Shown piece after piece: positions 1 to 9,805 of a DNA stretch of 64,000 nt. The translations under genes were made by a program, and so were the position numbers. The DNA is from Nocardioides sp. (GTDB lineage Bacteria > Actinomycetota > Actinomycetes > Propionibacteriales > Nocardioidaceae): assembly GCA_017354415.1 (NCBI GenBank), contig JAFMQY010000001.1:28-64027 (forward strand), in the 5' to 3' direction. Each line of letters starts with the position of its first letter. Position 1 is the stretch's first letter. The notes beneath the pieces are model-generated. The model did not search any database. It was not told the DNA's origin and was given only the letters and a program-made list of their open reading frames with translations.

Positions 1-2
1 AC

Positions 3-2435
3 CTGGCCGCCGGCACCCTCGACGCGGCCCTGGCCGTCGCGCGCGCCGCGGTGCCTGAGGCGGCCGGTGCGCGGCTCGCCGTGATCGCGCTCGGCAAGTG
101 CGGTGGACACGAGCTCAACTACGTCTCCGACGTCGACGTCCTCTACGTCGTCGAGCCGGCGGATGGAGTCGACGAGGGGGACGCAGCCCGCGTGGCGACC
201 AGGCTCGCCTCGAACCTGATGCAGGTCTGTTCGGCCCACACGGCCGAGGGCACGCTCTGGCCGGTCGACGCCAACCTCCGGCCCGAGGGCAAGGCCGGTC
301 CGTTGGTCCGCACCCTGGCCAGTCACCGGGCGTACTACGAGCGCTGGGCGAAGACGTGGGAGTTCCAGGCTCTGCTCAAGGCGCGCCCGGTCGCCGGCGA
401 CCTCGAGCTCGGGCGCGCGTTCCTGGCCCTGGTCGAGCCGATGGTGTGGGAGGTGGCAGGGCGCGAGGGGTTCGTGGGCGACGTACAGGCGATGCGACGC
501 CGCGTGCTCGACACCATCCCTTCCCGGCACGCCGAGCGCCAGCTCAAGCTGGGGGCAGGTGGGCTCCGCGACGTCGAGTTCGCCGTCCAGCTGCTCCAGC
601 TGGTGCACGGCCGCTCGGACGAGCACCTGCGCGACCCCGGCACGCTGCACGCCCTCGACACCCTCACCGCCCGCGGATACGTCGGCCGCGAGGACGGCGA
701 GGCGCTGCACCGGGCTTACACGTTCCTGCGCCTTCTGGAGCACCGGATCCAGCTCCAGCACCTGCGCCGCACCCACGTCGTACCGTCCGACGACGCATCG
801 CTGCGGCGGCTCGGCCGGGCGATGGGGTTCACCAAGGAGCCGGCCGTGGCGCTCGAGGAGGCGTGGTCGCACCACCGGCTGGAGGTGCGCCGGCTCCACG
901 AGAAGTTCTTCTACCGGCCCTTGCTCGAGGCCGTCGCCCGGGTGCCGGCGGAAGGGTCGCGGCTGACGACCGAGGCCGCGGGCGCACGCCTTGCCGCGCT
1001 CGGCTTCGCCGACCCGAAGGCGGCGTTGCGGCACCTCGAGGCGCTGACCAGCGGGGTGACCCGGACCGCGGCGATCCAGCGGGCGCTGCTTCCGGCGATG
1101 CTCGAGTGGTTCGCAGACGCCCCGGACCCGGACGCCGGGTTGTTCGGCTTCCGGCGGATCAGCGAGAGCCTCGGGGCCACCCACTGGTACCTGCAGACAC
1201 TCCGCGACGAGGGCCAGGTGGCCGAGCGGCTGGCGCGGCTGCTCGCGACGTCGCGGTACGCCACGGACCTGCTCGAACGGGAGCCCGAAGGAGTGCGCAT
1301 GCTGGCTGGTGACCTCACGCCGCTGGGCAGCGGAACCTTGGTGGACCTGATGCGCGCGTCGGCCGAGCGGCAGGACGACCCGGCGGAGTCGGTGCGATCG
1401 ATCCGGGCGCTCCGTCGCCGGGAGCTGTTCCGGATCGCGGCCGGAGAGCTCTTCGGCGAGACGGACGTGGCGGACGTGGGAGCGGCCCTCTCGAGGGTGA
1501 CGGACGCGACCCTCGAGACCACCCTCGACGTGGCCGGCCGGTCGGTGCGGGCCGAGCGCGGGCTCGACACGGCACCGACCCGGATCGCGGTCGTCGCCAT
1601 GGGCCGGTACGGCGGGTTCGAGCTGTCCTACGGTAGCGACGCGGACGTGATGTTCGTCCACGACCCGGTGGCGGGCGCCGACGAGCACGAGGCCACGTCG
1701 TACGCCCACGCGGTGGCCAACGAGCTCCGGGCGCTGCTGCTCGCGCCGGCGAGCGACCCTCCGCTGGTGGTCGACGCCGACCTCCGTCCCGAGGGGAAGC
1801 AGGGCCCGCTGGCGCGCACGCTCGCGTCGTACGCCGCCTACTACGCCAAGTGGTCGAAGGTCTGGGAGGCCCAGGCCCTGCTCCGAGCCGATGCGGTGGT
1901 GGGTGACGAGCAGCTCCGGACCGGGTTCACCGCGCTGGTGGACCCTCTGCGCTACCCCGAGGGCGGGATCACCGAGGCCGACGTCCAGGAGATCCGGCGG
2001 ATCAAGGCGCGGGTCGACCAGGAGCGACTGCCGCGCGGCGCCGACCCTCACACGCACCTCAAGCTCGGCCGCGGCGGGCTCGCGGACATCGAGTGGACCG
2101 TCCAGCTCCTGCAGCTCCGGTACGCCGGACAGGTGCCGGAGCTCCGCAGCCCCCGCACCCTCAGCGCGCTCGACGCGGCCCGCGAGGCCGGACTCGTGGC
2201 GCCGGCGGACGCGGACGCGCTGGAACGCGCCTGGCGCACCGTGAGCCGGCTCCGCAACGCGATCACCCTGGTGACCGGGAAGAGCGGTGACCAGCTGCCG
2301 CGCGACGCGCGGGAACGCGCGGCGGTTGCCAGCATCCTCGACTACGGGCCCGGGCGGTCCGACGAGATGGTCAACGACTACCTCCGCACCACCCGCCGCG
2401 CACGGGCCGTGGTGGACCGGGTCTTCTGGGGGTGA
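3..2435 (+). CDS. glnE: Bifunctional glutamine synthetase adenylyltransferase/adenylyl-removing enzyme (5' end outside the window)
   Basis: Two nucleotidyltransferase domains (GKCGGHELNYVSDVD; GRYGGFELSYGSDAD; VDANLRPEGK/VDADLRPEGK; LKLGAGGLRDVEF/LKLGRGGLADIEW). The frame is open back to base 3. Confidence 0.96.
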   Translation: MAAGTLDAALAVARAAVPEAAGARLAVIALGKCGGHELNYVSDVDVLYVVEPADGVDEGDAARVATRLASNLMQVCSAHTAEGTLWPVDANLRPEGKAGPLVRTLASHRAYYERWAKTWEFQALLKARPVAGDLELGRAFLALVEPMVWEVAGREGFVGDVQAMRRRVLDTIPSRHAERQLKLGAGGLRDVEFAVQLLQLVHGRSDEHLRDPGTLHALDTLTARGYVGREDGEALHRAYTFLRLLEHRIQLQHLRRTHVVPSDDASLRRLGRAMGFTKEPAVALEEAWSHHRLEVRRLHEKFFYRPLLEAVARVPAEGSRLTTEAAGARLAALGFADPKAALRHLEALTSGVTRTAAIQRALLPAMLEWFADAPDPDAGLFGFRRISESLGATHWYLQTLRDEGQVAERLARLLATSRYATDLLEREPEGVRMLAGDLTPLGSGTLVDLMRASAERQDDPAESVRSIRALRRRELFRIAAGELFGETDVADVGAALSRVTDATLETTLDVAGRSVRAERGLDTAPTRIAVVAMGRYGGFELSYGSDADVMFVHDPVAGADEHEATSYAHAVANELRALLLAPASDPPLVVDADLRPEGKQGPLARTLASYAAYYAKWSKVWEAQALLRADAVVGDEQLRTGFTALVDPLRYPEGGITEADVQEIRRIKARVDQERLPRGADPHTHLKLGRGGLADIEWTVQLLQLRYAGQVPELRSPRTLSALDAAREAGLVAPADADALERAWRTVSRLRNAITLVTGKSGDQLPRDARERAAVASILDYGPGRSDEMVNDYLRTTRRARAVVDRVFWG

Positions 2436-2479
2436 CGATTACCTCGCCGCCACCGGACCTTTCGCCGCTGAGCTGGTGT

Positions 2480-2532
2480 GGCGATGAGGGAGCCACCGCT
2501 TGAGGGGACAGAACGGTGGCTCCCTCACCGCC
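2480..2532. terminator. GC-rich stem-loop downstream of glnE (terminator or REP-like)
   Basis: TGAGGGAGCCACCG (2485-2498) pairs perfectly with CGGTGGCTCCCTCA (2514-2527), extended by GGCG/CGCC. Confidence 0.6.
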
Positions 2533-2651
2533 GGGTGCCCGCGCGGCCCGGGAGCGGTGAGAGATCCACGGTTCGGTAGGAGGGAACGGTGGCTGGCTCA
2601 CCGACACGTGTCCCCGGCGGGCTGTCACCGGTGGTGGACATACTCGGGCCC

Positions 2652-3431
2652 ATGACCTCCACCGCAGACCGAGCCACGCAGCTGCTGGCGATGCACACCG
2701 ACCCGACCCTGCTCACCCTGGTGAATGTCTGGGACGCCGCGAGCGCGCGGGTCGTCGCCCAGTCCGAGGGCACGCGCGCGATCGCCACCGCGAGCCATGC
2801 GATCGCGGCGATGTACGGGTACGACGACGGTGAGCAGATCCCGCGCGACCTGATGCTCGAGGCGGTCGGCCGCGTCGTCGACGCTGTCGACCTGCCGGTG
2901 ACCGCCGACCTGGAGGCCGGGTACGGCGACGCCGCCGAGACGGTCCGCCGCGCGATCGGGCTCGGCGTCGTCGGCTGCAACATCGAGGACCAGCTCAAGC
3001 CGGTCGGCGAAGCAGCCGCCGTCGTCGAGTCGGTGATGCTGGCTGCGACCGACGAGGGAGTGCCCGACTTCGTGCTCAACGCCCGCACCGACGCGTTCCT
3101 GCTGGCCGCCGACCGAGACCCGCACGCCGTACTCGCGGACGCGATCGAGCGGGGCACGGCGTTCCTCGACGCCGGCGCGCCGGTGGTCTTCGTGCCCGGC
3201 CGGCTGGGCGAGGAGCAGGTGGTGGCGTTGGTCGAGGCGTTCGGGCAGCAGCGGCTCACCATGCTGCCGGCGCCCGGGTCCCCCTCACTGACGAGGCTGG
3301 AGGAGCTCGGCGTCGCTCGGTGCAGCTTCGGGCCGTTCCCGCAGCGGTGGGCCCTGACGGCCCTGCAGCAGATGGTCGAGGGCGTGGCACGCGGAGAGGG
3401 CATCCCCGAAGGCACTCGGATGCTCACCTGA
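2652..3431 (+). CDS. Isocitrate lyase/PEP mutase family protein
   Basis: NVWDAASAR, TASHAIA, PVTADLEAGYG, GCNIEDQ, FVLNARTD motifs. Start placed at ATG 2652. Confidence 0.88.
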   Translation: MTSTADRATQLLAMHTDPTLLTLVNVWDAASARVVAQSEGTRAIATASHAIAAMYGYDDGEQIPRDLMLEAVGRVVDAVDLPVTADLEAGYGDAAETVRRAIGLGVVGCNIEDQLKPVGEAAAVVESVMLAATDEGVPDFVLNARTDAFLLAADRDPHAVLADAIERGTAFLDAGAPVVFVPGRLGEEQVVALVEAFGQQRLTMLPAPGSPSLTRLEELGVARCSFGPFPQRWALTALQQMVEGVARGEGIPEGTRMLT

Positions 3432-3483
3432 CCGCGGCGAAACCCTCTTGGCCCGCCGGGCCGACCACTGGTTGGCTGGTGCC

Positions 3484-4578
3484 GTGGACGACGAGCTGAT
3501 GACCCGACTCCGCGCCGCCGCCGAGGCCTGCGACACCACGGTCTTCTGGCACGCGCGCCGTACGCCGGCCCAGGTTCTGCGAGCAGTGGCCGACGCCGCC
3601 GAGGAGCTCGAGCTCGACGAGTGGGACGTGTACGCCGAGCGTGGCCCGGTCGCCCAGGTCGAGAAAGAGGTCGCCGAGCTGCTGGGCAAGCCGGCCGCGG
3701 CGTTCTTCCCGAGCGGAATCATGGCTCAGCAAGCCGCCCTCCGGGTCTGGTGCGACCGCACCGGGTCCCGGCGGGTCGCGATCCCCGACCTCTCCCACCT
3801 GCTCAAGCACGAGGACGACGGGCCACGACGTGTGCACGGGTTCGAGTTCGAGTACCTCACGACGGGCCGGGTCACGGCGACCGCCGACGACATGCGCAGC
3901 CTGTCCCCGGGCCTGGGCGCTGCGCTGATCGAGCTCCCGCTGCGCGACGCCGGCTGCCTGCTGCCGTCCTGGGACGACCTGACCGCTCTCTCGGAGGCCG
4001 CCCGCGAGCTCGGCTGTCCCTTGCACGCCGACGGTGCCCGCATCTGGGAGTCGCAGGCGTTCTACGACAAGCCGCTGTCCGAGATCGCGGCCCTCGTCGA
4101 CACCATCTACGTGTCGTTCTACAAAGGCCTCGAGGCGCTGGCCGGCGCAGCCCTGGCCGGGCCCGAGGACGTCGTCGACGAGGCGCGGCGGTGGCGCAAG
4201 CGGATGGGCGGCACCTTGTTCCACCTCACGCCGTACGCCGTCTCGGCCCTGGCCGGGCTGCGCGACCGGCTGCCGCGGATGGGCGAGTACGCCGCGTGGG
4301 CGCGGAAGCTGGCCGCCGAGCTGTCGACCGCCGGTCTTCGGGTGACTCCGGATCCCCCGCACACGAACACCTTCCTGGTCTACGCCGAGGGTGACCCGGA
4401 CGCGATCACCGAGCGGGTGATCGGCTTCATGGAGCGGGAGAAGATCCAGCCCTGTGGTGGCTGGTGGGAGGCGCCGGTACCGGGCGTGGCGATGTCGGAG
4501 GTCGCGGTCCACGACGCGGCCCTGGAGCACGACCCCGCCCAGGTGGCGGGCTGGATCACCGAGGTCGCCGGCGTCTGA
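3484..4578 (+). CDS. Low-specificity threonine aldolase / beta-eliminating lyase family (PLP)
   Basis: AAFFPSGIMAQQ, LHADGARIW, YVSFYKGL (PLP lysine). Start uncertain (GTG 3484 or ATG 3499). Confidence 0.85.
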   Translation: MDDELMTRLRAAAEACDTTVFWHARRTPAQVLRAVADAAEELELDEWDVYAERGPVAQVEKEVAELLGKPAAAFFPSGIMAQQAALRVWCDRTGSRRVAIPDLSHLLKHEDDGPRRVHGFEFEYLTTGRVTATADDMRSLSPGLGAALIELPLRDAGCLLPSWDDLTALSEAARELGCPLHADGARIWESQAFYDKPLSEIAALVDTIYVSFYKGLEALAGAALAGPEDVVDEARRWRKRMGGTLFHLTPYAVSALAGLRDRLPRMGEYAAWARKLAAELSTAGLRVTPDPPHTNTFLVYAEGDPDAITERVIGFMEREKIQPCGGWWEAPVPGVAMSEVAVHDAALEHDPAQVAGWITEVAGV

Positions 4579-4597
4579 GGCCGTCAGGGCGGAGGGG

Positions 4598-5125
4598 TCA
4601 GTGAAGGGCGACCTTGAGCAGCGCGACCAGGATCCCCAGTCCCGCTCCGGCGGCCGCGCTCAGCAGGCGACCCCGCGGGTCGAGCCCGCCGCGGGCTCCC
4701 GCCATGTAGCTGTACACGGTCAGCAGCCCGATCGTGGCGATGAGGGCGACCCAGGCGGCGGTGCGCAGGCCGGCTCCGAAGAGCTCTGCGACCAGCAGGA
4801 TCCCGACCGGCAGCACCGAGACACCGGCGATCGGCCAGGTGGCGGCCAGCGCATGGCGCAGGGCGAGGAGCGGGTGGTGGCGGTGGGTGAGCGCACTGCC
4901 CAGCGTCTCGGCGTGCAGGTGGGCGAGCCAGTAGACGGCCACGGTGCCGATGATCGCGAGGCACAGCGTGCCCGTCGTGTCGAGGTGGCCGGCGCCGTAG
5001 GCGATCGCCGCGGCGCACACCACGGTGCCGGTGATCAGCCCCTCCGCACCGCGGTACAGGCCCAGCCGGTCGCCCTCCTCCTCGGGTCGTCCGCGGTCGG
5101 ACTCAGGGGTCGGGCGCTCCCTCAT
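4598..5125 (-). CDS. Hypothetical integral membrane protein (about 5 TM)
   Basis: Alternating hydrophobic segments. Lies directly downstream of the P-type ATPase on the same strand. Confidence 0.7.
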   Translation of the reverse strand: MRERPTPESDRGRPEEEGDRLGLYRGAEGLITGTVVCAAAIAYGAGHLDTTGTLCLAIIGTVAVYWLAHLHAETLGSALTHRHHPLLALRHALAATWPIAGVSVLPVGILLVAELFGAGLRTAAWVALIATIGLLTVYSYMAGARGGLDPRGRLLSAAAGAGLGILVALLKVALH

Positions 5126-5216
5126 GCTGCGAGTCTGCCCGGCCCGCGCCCCGGGCGGAACGGAGCCCGGGCTCGGGTGTGAACGACGGTGATCGGCATG
5201 CGACCGTCGTCCACGC

Positions 5217-8018
5217 CTACGGGAGCGCGGCCGCGAGTGTAGGCGGCGCGAGGGTGGGTCCGGTCTCTCCTCGACGGCGGAGCACCCACTTGATGGCTTC
5301 CTCGACGACCACGAGGGAGGCGGCGATCCCGATGCAGATGCACCACTGCCCGAAGGTCAGCTCGGTGGTGCTGAAGATCCGGTTCAGGAAGTCGATGCCG
5401 GTGACGGCGATGATGGCCAGCGCGGCGACGCCGTACCGGCGCAGCTGCGTGGCGCCGGGGATGGCGTCGCGGTCGAAGATCGTGTGGACCTGGTCGCGCG
5501 AGAGGAACGCCGCGGCGAGGTGGAACACCGACAACGTCGTCAGCAGCATGGTCGCGGCGACGACCGCGGTGTCCATGTGGTCCCCGATCTCGTAGGCCAC
5601 CAACGAGCCGATCGTCATCACCGCGCCCTGGACGCACAGCCGGATCCACTCGGCACGGGAGAGCACGGGCGCGTCCACGGGGCGCGGCGGGCGTGCCATC
5701 AGCCCGACAGTCGGCTTGTCGAAGCCCAACGCGATCGCGACCGGGACGTCGACGACCATGTTCAGCCACAGGATCTGCAGCGGGTTCAGCGGGGAGCCGG
5801 CGGCGACGTTGAAGATTCCGGCCGCGATGAAGATCGCGATGTACGCGACCAGGGTCGACATCTGGAAGCGCAGGTACTTCAGCAGGTTGTCGTACAGGGT
5901 CCGGCCGTAGGAGACCGCGCCGACGATCGTCGCGAAGTTGTCGTCGGTCAGGATCATCACGGCGGCCTCCTTGGAGACCTCGGTCCCGGTGATGCCCATG
6001 GCGACGCCGATGTCGGCGTTCTTCAGCGCCGGCGCGTCGTTCACGCCGTCGCCGGTCATCGCGACGATGTTGCCCTGCCGCTTGAGCAGGCTCACCAGCC
6101 GCACCTTGTCCTCCGGGGCGACGCGGGCCACCACCCCGATGTCGTCGAGCCGGTGGAGGAGCTCGTCGTCGCTCATGGCCGCGAACTCGGTGCCGGTCAC
6201 GGCCTGGCCCTCGATGCCGAGCTCGCCGGCGATGGCCGCGGCCGTGGTGGCGTGGTCACCGGTGATCATGCGCACCCGGATCCCGGCGTCGTGGCACTCC
6301 GCGATGGCGGCCTTCGCCTCGGGACGCGGTGGGTCGACGATGCCCACCATCGCCAGCAGCGTCAGGTCCTGGACCAGGTTGATCAGGTCATCCTCCGGCG
6401 TCGCCTTCACCACGGCCGGGTCGAGGTCGCGCTGCGCCACCACCATGACGCGCTGGCCGGCGTTGGCGATCTGGTCGTTGGCCTCGCTCAGCAGGTGCTT
6501 GTTCTCCTCGGTCACCGCCACGCGTTCGCCCTGCGGCCCTCGGAGGTCGCGGGACCGCGCGAAGAGGACGTCCGGCGCGCCTTTGACGTAGCAGCGCACC
6601 ACGGGCCGGCCGTCGTCCGAGGTCATGTCGTGGAACGTCGCCATGAACTTGTACTCGGAGTCGAAGGGCACCTCGGCCACTCGCGGGTGTTCCTTGCGGG
6701 TCTCGTCGATGTTCAGCCCGCCCTTCGCCCCGAGCACGATCAGTGCGCCCTCGGTCGGGTCGCCGATGAGCTGGTCGCCGTCGAGGACGGCGTCCGCACA
6801 GAGCACCATCGGGAGCAGGTAGGCGTCGAGGTCGAGGTGCTTGCCGCCGACGTGGCTGATCTCGCCGGAGGTGGAGTAGCCCTCACCGGTGATCGTGTAT
6901 CGGTTCTGGCCGGGTATGACCAGCACCCGAGCCGTCATCTTGTTGAGGGTGAGGGTTCCGGTCTTGTCCGAGCAGATCGCCGAGGTGGACCCGAGCGTCT
7001 CCACGGCGGGCAGGCGCTTGACTATCGCATGGCGGCGCGCGATCTCGCGGGTGCCCATCGACAGCAGCGCGGTGACGACGGCCGGCAGTCCTGTGGGGAT
7101 CGCGGCCACAGCGAGTGCGACGCCCGTCACGAAGACGGTGTTGAACGACTGCCCGCGGGCCAGACCCAACACGATGACCAGGAGCAGCGCGACACCCGCG
7201 ATCGAGGCGATGATCTTCGACAACGAGTCGAGCTGCTTCTGCAAGGGCGTCTTGCTCGTCTCGGTGTTGGCCAGCATCTCCGCGATGTGCCCGATCTCGG
7301 TCTTCATGCCGGTCGCGGTCACGATCAGCTCACCCCGGCCGCGGGTCACCGAGGTGTTCATGTAGGCCATGCAGATCCGGTCGCCCAGGGGGACGTCCTC
7401 ACCGGGGACCGGCTCGGTGGTCTTGCCGACGGGCAGGCTCTCGCCGGTGAGCGCCGCCTCCTCGATCTCGAGGGTCGCCGCTACGCAGATGCGACCGTCC
7501 GCCGGCACCCGGTTGCCGGCTTCGACGAGTACGACGTCGCCGGGCACGAGCTCCTCGGCGTCGACCTCCTCCGCACGGCCGTCCCGGCGGACCCGGGCGA
7601 CGGTCTTCATCATCTGCGCCAGCGCCTGGACACTCTCCTCGGCCTTCGACTCCTGACGCAGCCCGATGATGGCGTTGAACACGGTCAGCCCCGCGAGGAG
7701 GACGGTGGTCCCGGTCTCCCGCGTCGCGAGCTGGTTGACCACCGCAGCCGCCAGCAGGATCACCTGCATGAAGTCCTCGTACTGGCGCACGAACGCCTGG
7801 ACCGGCGATTCCTTCCTGCCCTCCGCGAGCCGGTTGGGCCCGTGGGAGGCCAGCCGACTCTGCGCCTCAGCGCTGCTCAGGCCGCGCTCCGGCTCCACGC
7901 CGAGAGACGCGGCCACGGTCGCGACGTCGGCTCCGGCCGGTTCGGGCAGGCTGGTGGTGGACACCGCCCCGGTGGGCTCGCTTCTCGGGCCTCCGGGGAC
8001 GGTGTCGGAAGTGCTCAC
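5217..8018 (-). CDS. Cation-transporting P-type ATPase (type II-like, atypical ion site)
   Basis: LTGES, CSDKTGT phosphorylation motif, KGAPD, TGDH, GDGVNDAPAL. TM4 reads IPTGLP. Confidence 0.95.
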   Translation of the reverse strand: MSTSDTVPGGPRSEPTGAVSTTSLPEPAGADVATVAASLGVEPERGLSSAEAQSRLASHGPNRLAEGRKESPVQAFVRQYEDFMQVILLAAAVVNQLATRETGTTVLLAGLTVFNAIIGLRQESKAEESVQALAQMMKTVARVRRDGRAEEVDAEELVPGDVVLVEAGNRVPADGRICVAATLEIEEAALTGESLPVGKTTEPVPGEDVPLGDRICMAYMNTSVTRGRGELIVTATGMKTEIGHIAEMLANTETSKTPLQKQLDSLSKIIASIAGVALLLVIVLGLARGQSFNTVFVTGVALAVAAIPTGLPAVVTALLSMGTREIARRHAIVKRLPAVETLGSTSAICSDKTGTLTLNKMTARVLVIPGQNRYTITGEGYSTSGEISHVGGKHLDLDAYLLPMVLCADAVLDGDQLIGDPTEGALIVLGAKGGLNIDETRKEHPRVAEVPFDSEYKFMATFHDMTSDDGRPVVRCYVKGAPDVLFARSRDLRGPQGERVAVTEENKHLLSEANDQIANAGQRVMVVAQRDLDPAVVKATPEDDLINLVQDLTLLAMVGIVDPPRPEAKAAIAECHDAGIRVRMITGDHATTAAAIAGELGIEGQAVTGTEFAAMSDDELLHRLDDIGVVARVAPEDKVRLVSLLKRQGNIVAMTGDGVNDAPALKNADIGVAMGITGTEVSKEAAVMILTDDNFATIVGAVSYGRTLYDNLLKYLRFQMSTLVAYIAIFIAAGIFNVAAGSPLNPLQILWLNMVVDVPVAIALGFDKPTVGLMARPPRPVDAPVLSRAEWIRLCVQGAVMTIGSLVAYEIGDHMDTAVVAATMLLTTLSVFHLAAAFLSRDQVHTIFDRDAIPGATQLRRYGVAALAIIAVTGIDFLNRIFSTTELTFGQWCICIGIAASLVVVEEAIKWVLRRRGETGPTLAPPTLAAALP

Positions 8019-8320
8019 CCGCTGATCAGCCGGGACTTGGCGGCCGCGAACTCCTCGTCCGACAGGATCCCCTGCTGGTGCAGGTCACCGAGGCGCTGGA
8101 GCTGCGAGGTCAGGTCGTCGGCCTCGTCGGCCGCCGGGGGAGGTGGCGGCGGGGGAGGCTCGGCGTACTGCTGCTGCTGGTACGACGGCTCGGCGTACCC
8201 CTGCTGCTGCATGTCCTGCGCCGCCCACCGCGACGCCTGCCGGCGCGACACCCGGTTGGACACGGCGGTCGCCGTACCGGCCACGACCGCGGTGCGGGCC
8301 ATGCCCCCGATCAGTCCCAT
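8015..8320 (-). CDS. SHOCT domain-containing protein
   Basis: C-terminal QLQRLGDLHQQGILSDEEFAAAKSRL, typical N-terminus MARTAVVAGTATAVSNRV, Gln/Pro linker. Stop overlaps the ATPase GTG start. Confidence 0.85.
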   Translation of the reverse strand: MGLIGGMARTAVVAGTATAVSNRVSRRQASRWAAQDMQQQGYAEPSYQQQQYAEPPPPPPPPAADEADDLTSQLQRLGDLHQQGILSDEEFAAAKSRLISG

Positions 8321-8321
8321 C

Positions 8322-8786
8322 TCAACCCACCTCCGTCGGGGTCGTGCTTGCTTCTGCCTCACGTGCCAGGTCCCGGTACTCGGCCACCAGGTCGGCCGGC
8401 ACTCGGAACTGGTCCATCACCTCGCCGTCGGCGTCGCGGACGGCGTCGACGAACGGGATCGCCCACAGGTTCTCGACGGCGAGGGCGGCCACCGAGCTGT
8501 TCGGCTCGAGGTCCGGGGCGATCTCCTCGACGTCCTCGTCGTCCAGGTATCCGCCCGGGATCGTCTGGATGATCTCGACGTACTCGTCCAGGTCGGGGCT
8601 GAGCTTCGCCAGCTCGAGGGAGCCGACCGTGCCTTGGTCGTCCTTCCAGACGAACATGAGGTCGAGCACGCGGATGAGCTGACGGTTGATGAGGTCCCCG
8701 ATAGCGGGCAGGATCCGGCCGTTGAACCGGTTCCCGGGGAACTTCAACAAGATCACGTCGACCGGACCGGTGTTGATGGGGTCCAT
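8322..8786 (-). CDS. DUF6325/DUF1269-like family protein
   Basis: GPVDVILLKFPGNRFNG...LIRVLDL...ENLWA pattern. Adjacent to the SHOCT gene. Confidence 0.75.
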   Translation of the reverse strand: MDPINTGPVDVILLKFPGNRFNGRILPAIGDLINRQLIRVLDLMFVWKDDQGTVGSLELAKLSPDLDEYVEIIQTIPGGYLDDEDVEEIAPDLEPNSSVAALAVENLWAIPFVDAVRDADGEVMDQFRVPADLVAEYRDLAREAEASTTPTEVG

Positions 8787-9014
8787 GCGTAGTCCTCTCG
8801 TAGGAGAGCAGGTGGGGTGAGGCACCACGCTCTGACGGGCACGTGGCTGCCGCATCACCCGGTCTGAGTGGTTTCGCGGGACGCTAGCCGCCCTCCGAGC
8901 GGGCGGGATCACCCGATTCACCCCATTCGGGTGGGGACGACGCGCCGAGTCGTCTCCAAGGTGTCGTGTCAGGCGCCCCGTTCAGGTGCCGCTGCCCCTG
9001 TGAGGAGTGTGGGA

Positions 9015-9419
9015 ATGATCCTTCCGCTTGAATTCAGTGTCTGGGACGTCTTCCTTTCGATGTTGTACTTCACGCTGTTCTTCCTGTGGATCTGGCTCTG
9101 GATCATGATCGTCGCGGACATCTTCCGCAGCGACGACATGGGAGGCTGGGGGAAGGCCGGCTGGATCGTCCTGTGCATCTTCCTGCCGTTCCTGGGGGCG
9201 CTGCTGTACCTGATCATCCGCGGCCCCTCGATGACCCAGCGCCGCACCCGGGACTACCAGGAGATGGAGTCGCGGCAGCAGGAGTACATCCGCCAGGTGG
9301 CGGGCTCCGGGGGCGGTGCCTCCGCATCGGATGAGATCGAGAAGCTCGCGAGGCTGCGTGACGCGGGAACCATCACCGCCGCGGAGTTCGAGGCAGGGAA
9401 GGCGAAGGTCCTCAGCTGA
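9015..9419 (+). CDS. PLDc_N + SHOCT small membrane protein
   Basis: DIFRSDDMGGWGKAGWIVLCIFLPFLGALLYLIIRG and C-terminal EIEKLARLRDAGTITAAEFEAGKAKVL. GAGGAG RBS before ATG 9015. Confidence 0.85.
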   Translation: MILPLEFSVWDVFLSMLYFTLFFLWIWLWIMIVADIFRSDDMGGWGKAGWIVLCIFLPFLGALLYLIIRGPSMTQRRTRDYQEMESRQQEYIRQVAGSGGGASASDEIEKLARLRDAGTITAAEFEAGKAKVLS

Positions 9420-9580
9420 CCTGAGTGGTCGCCCAGGGATCAGGGCCCCGGAGGACGGGGGACGGCGGCTTGCCTCCGCCGGCGGACCCGGGGCCCTCGG
9501 TCCCTGTGTTCCTGTGCCGGGCTTGAGCCGGGCAGCCGGCGCGCCTAGCGTGAGATCACCACGTCCGGGAGGAGGTTGAG

Positions 9581-9805
9581 ATGACGCTCACCCGGATCAC
9601 GTCCACTGTCGGCGCCCTGGCCATCGCCGGGTCGCTCGGCGGGATGCTCGTGTCCTCGTCGTACGGCGCCCAGGCGGCCGCTCCGCACCGTGCGGCCCAC
9701 CACGGGATCGCCCGCGACTCCGGCTTCGTCGCGCCCGTCCTGCACAAGTACGGCCCCAACGGGATGCGGATGGGGCTGCACTGCGAGACCACGGACCTGT
9801 CGTGA
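9581..9805 (+). CDS. Small secreted peptide A (74 aa, His/Met/Cys-rich C-terminus)
   Basis: GGAGG RBS. Sec-type signal ending AQA. Ends HKYGPNGMRMGLHCETTDLS. Confidence 0.65.
   Translation: MTLTRITSTVGALAIAGSLGGMLVSSSYGAQAAAPHRAAHHGIARDSGFVAPVLHKYGPNGMRMGLHCETTDLS

Noticed and set aside
5484-8792. 1102-aa plus-strand ORF
   Set aside because: Antisense shadow of the ATPase, SHOCT and DUF6325 genes. No motifs, and typical of high-GC DNA.
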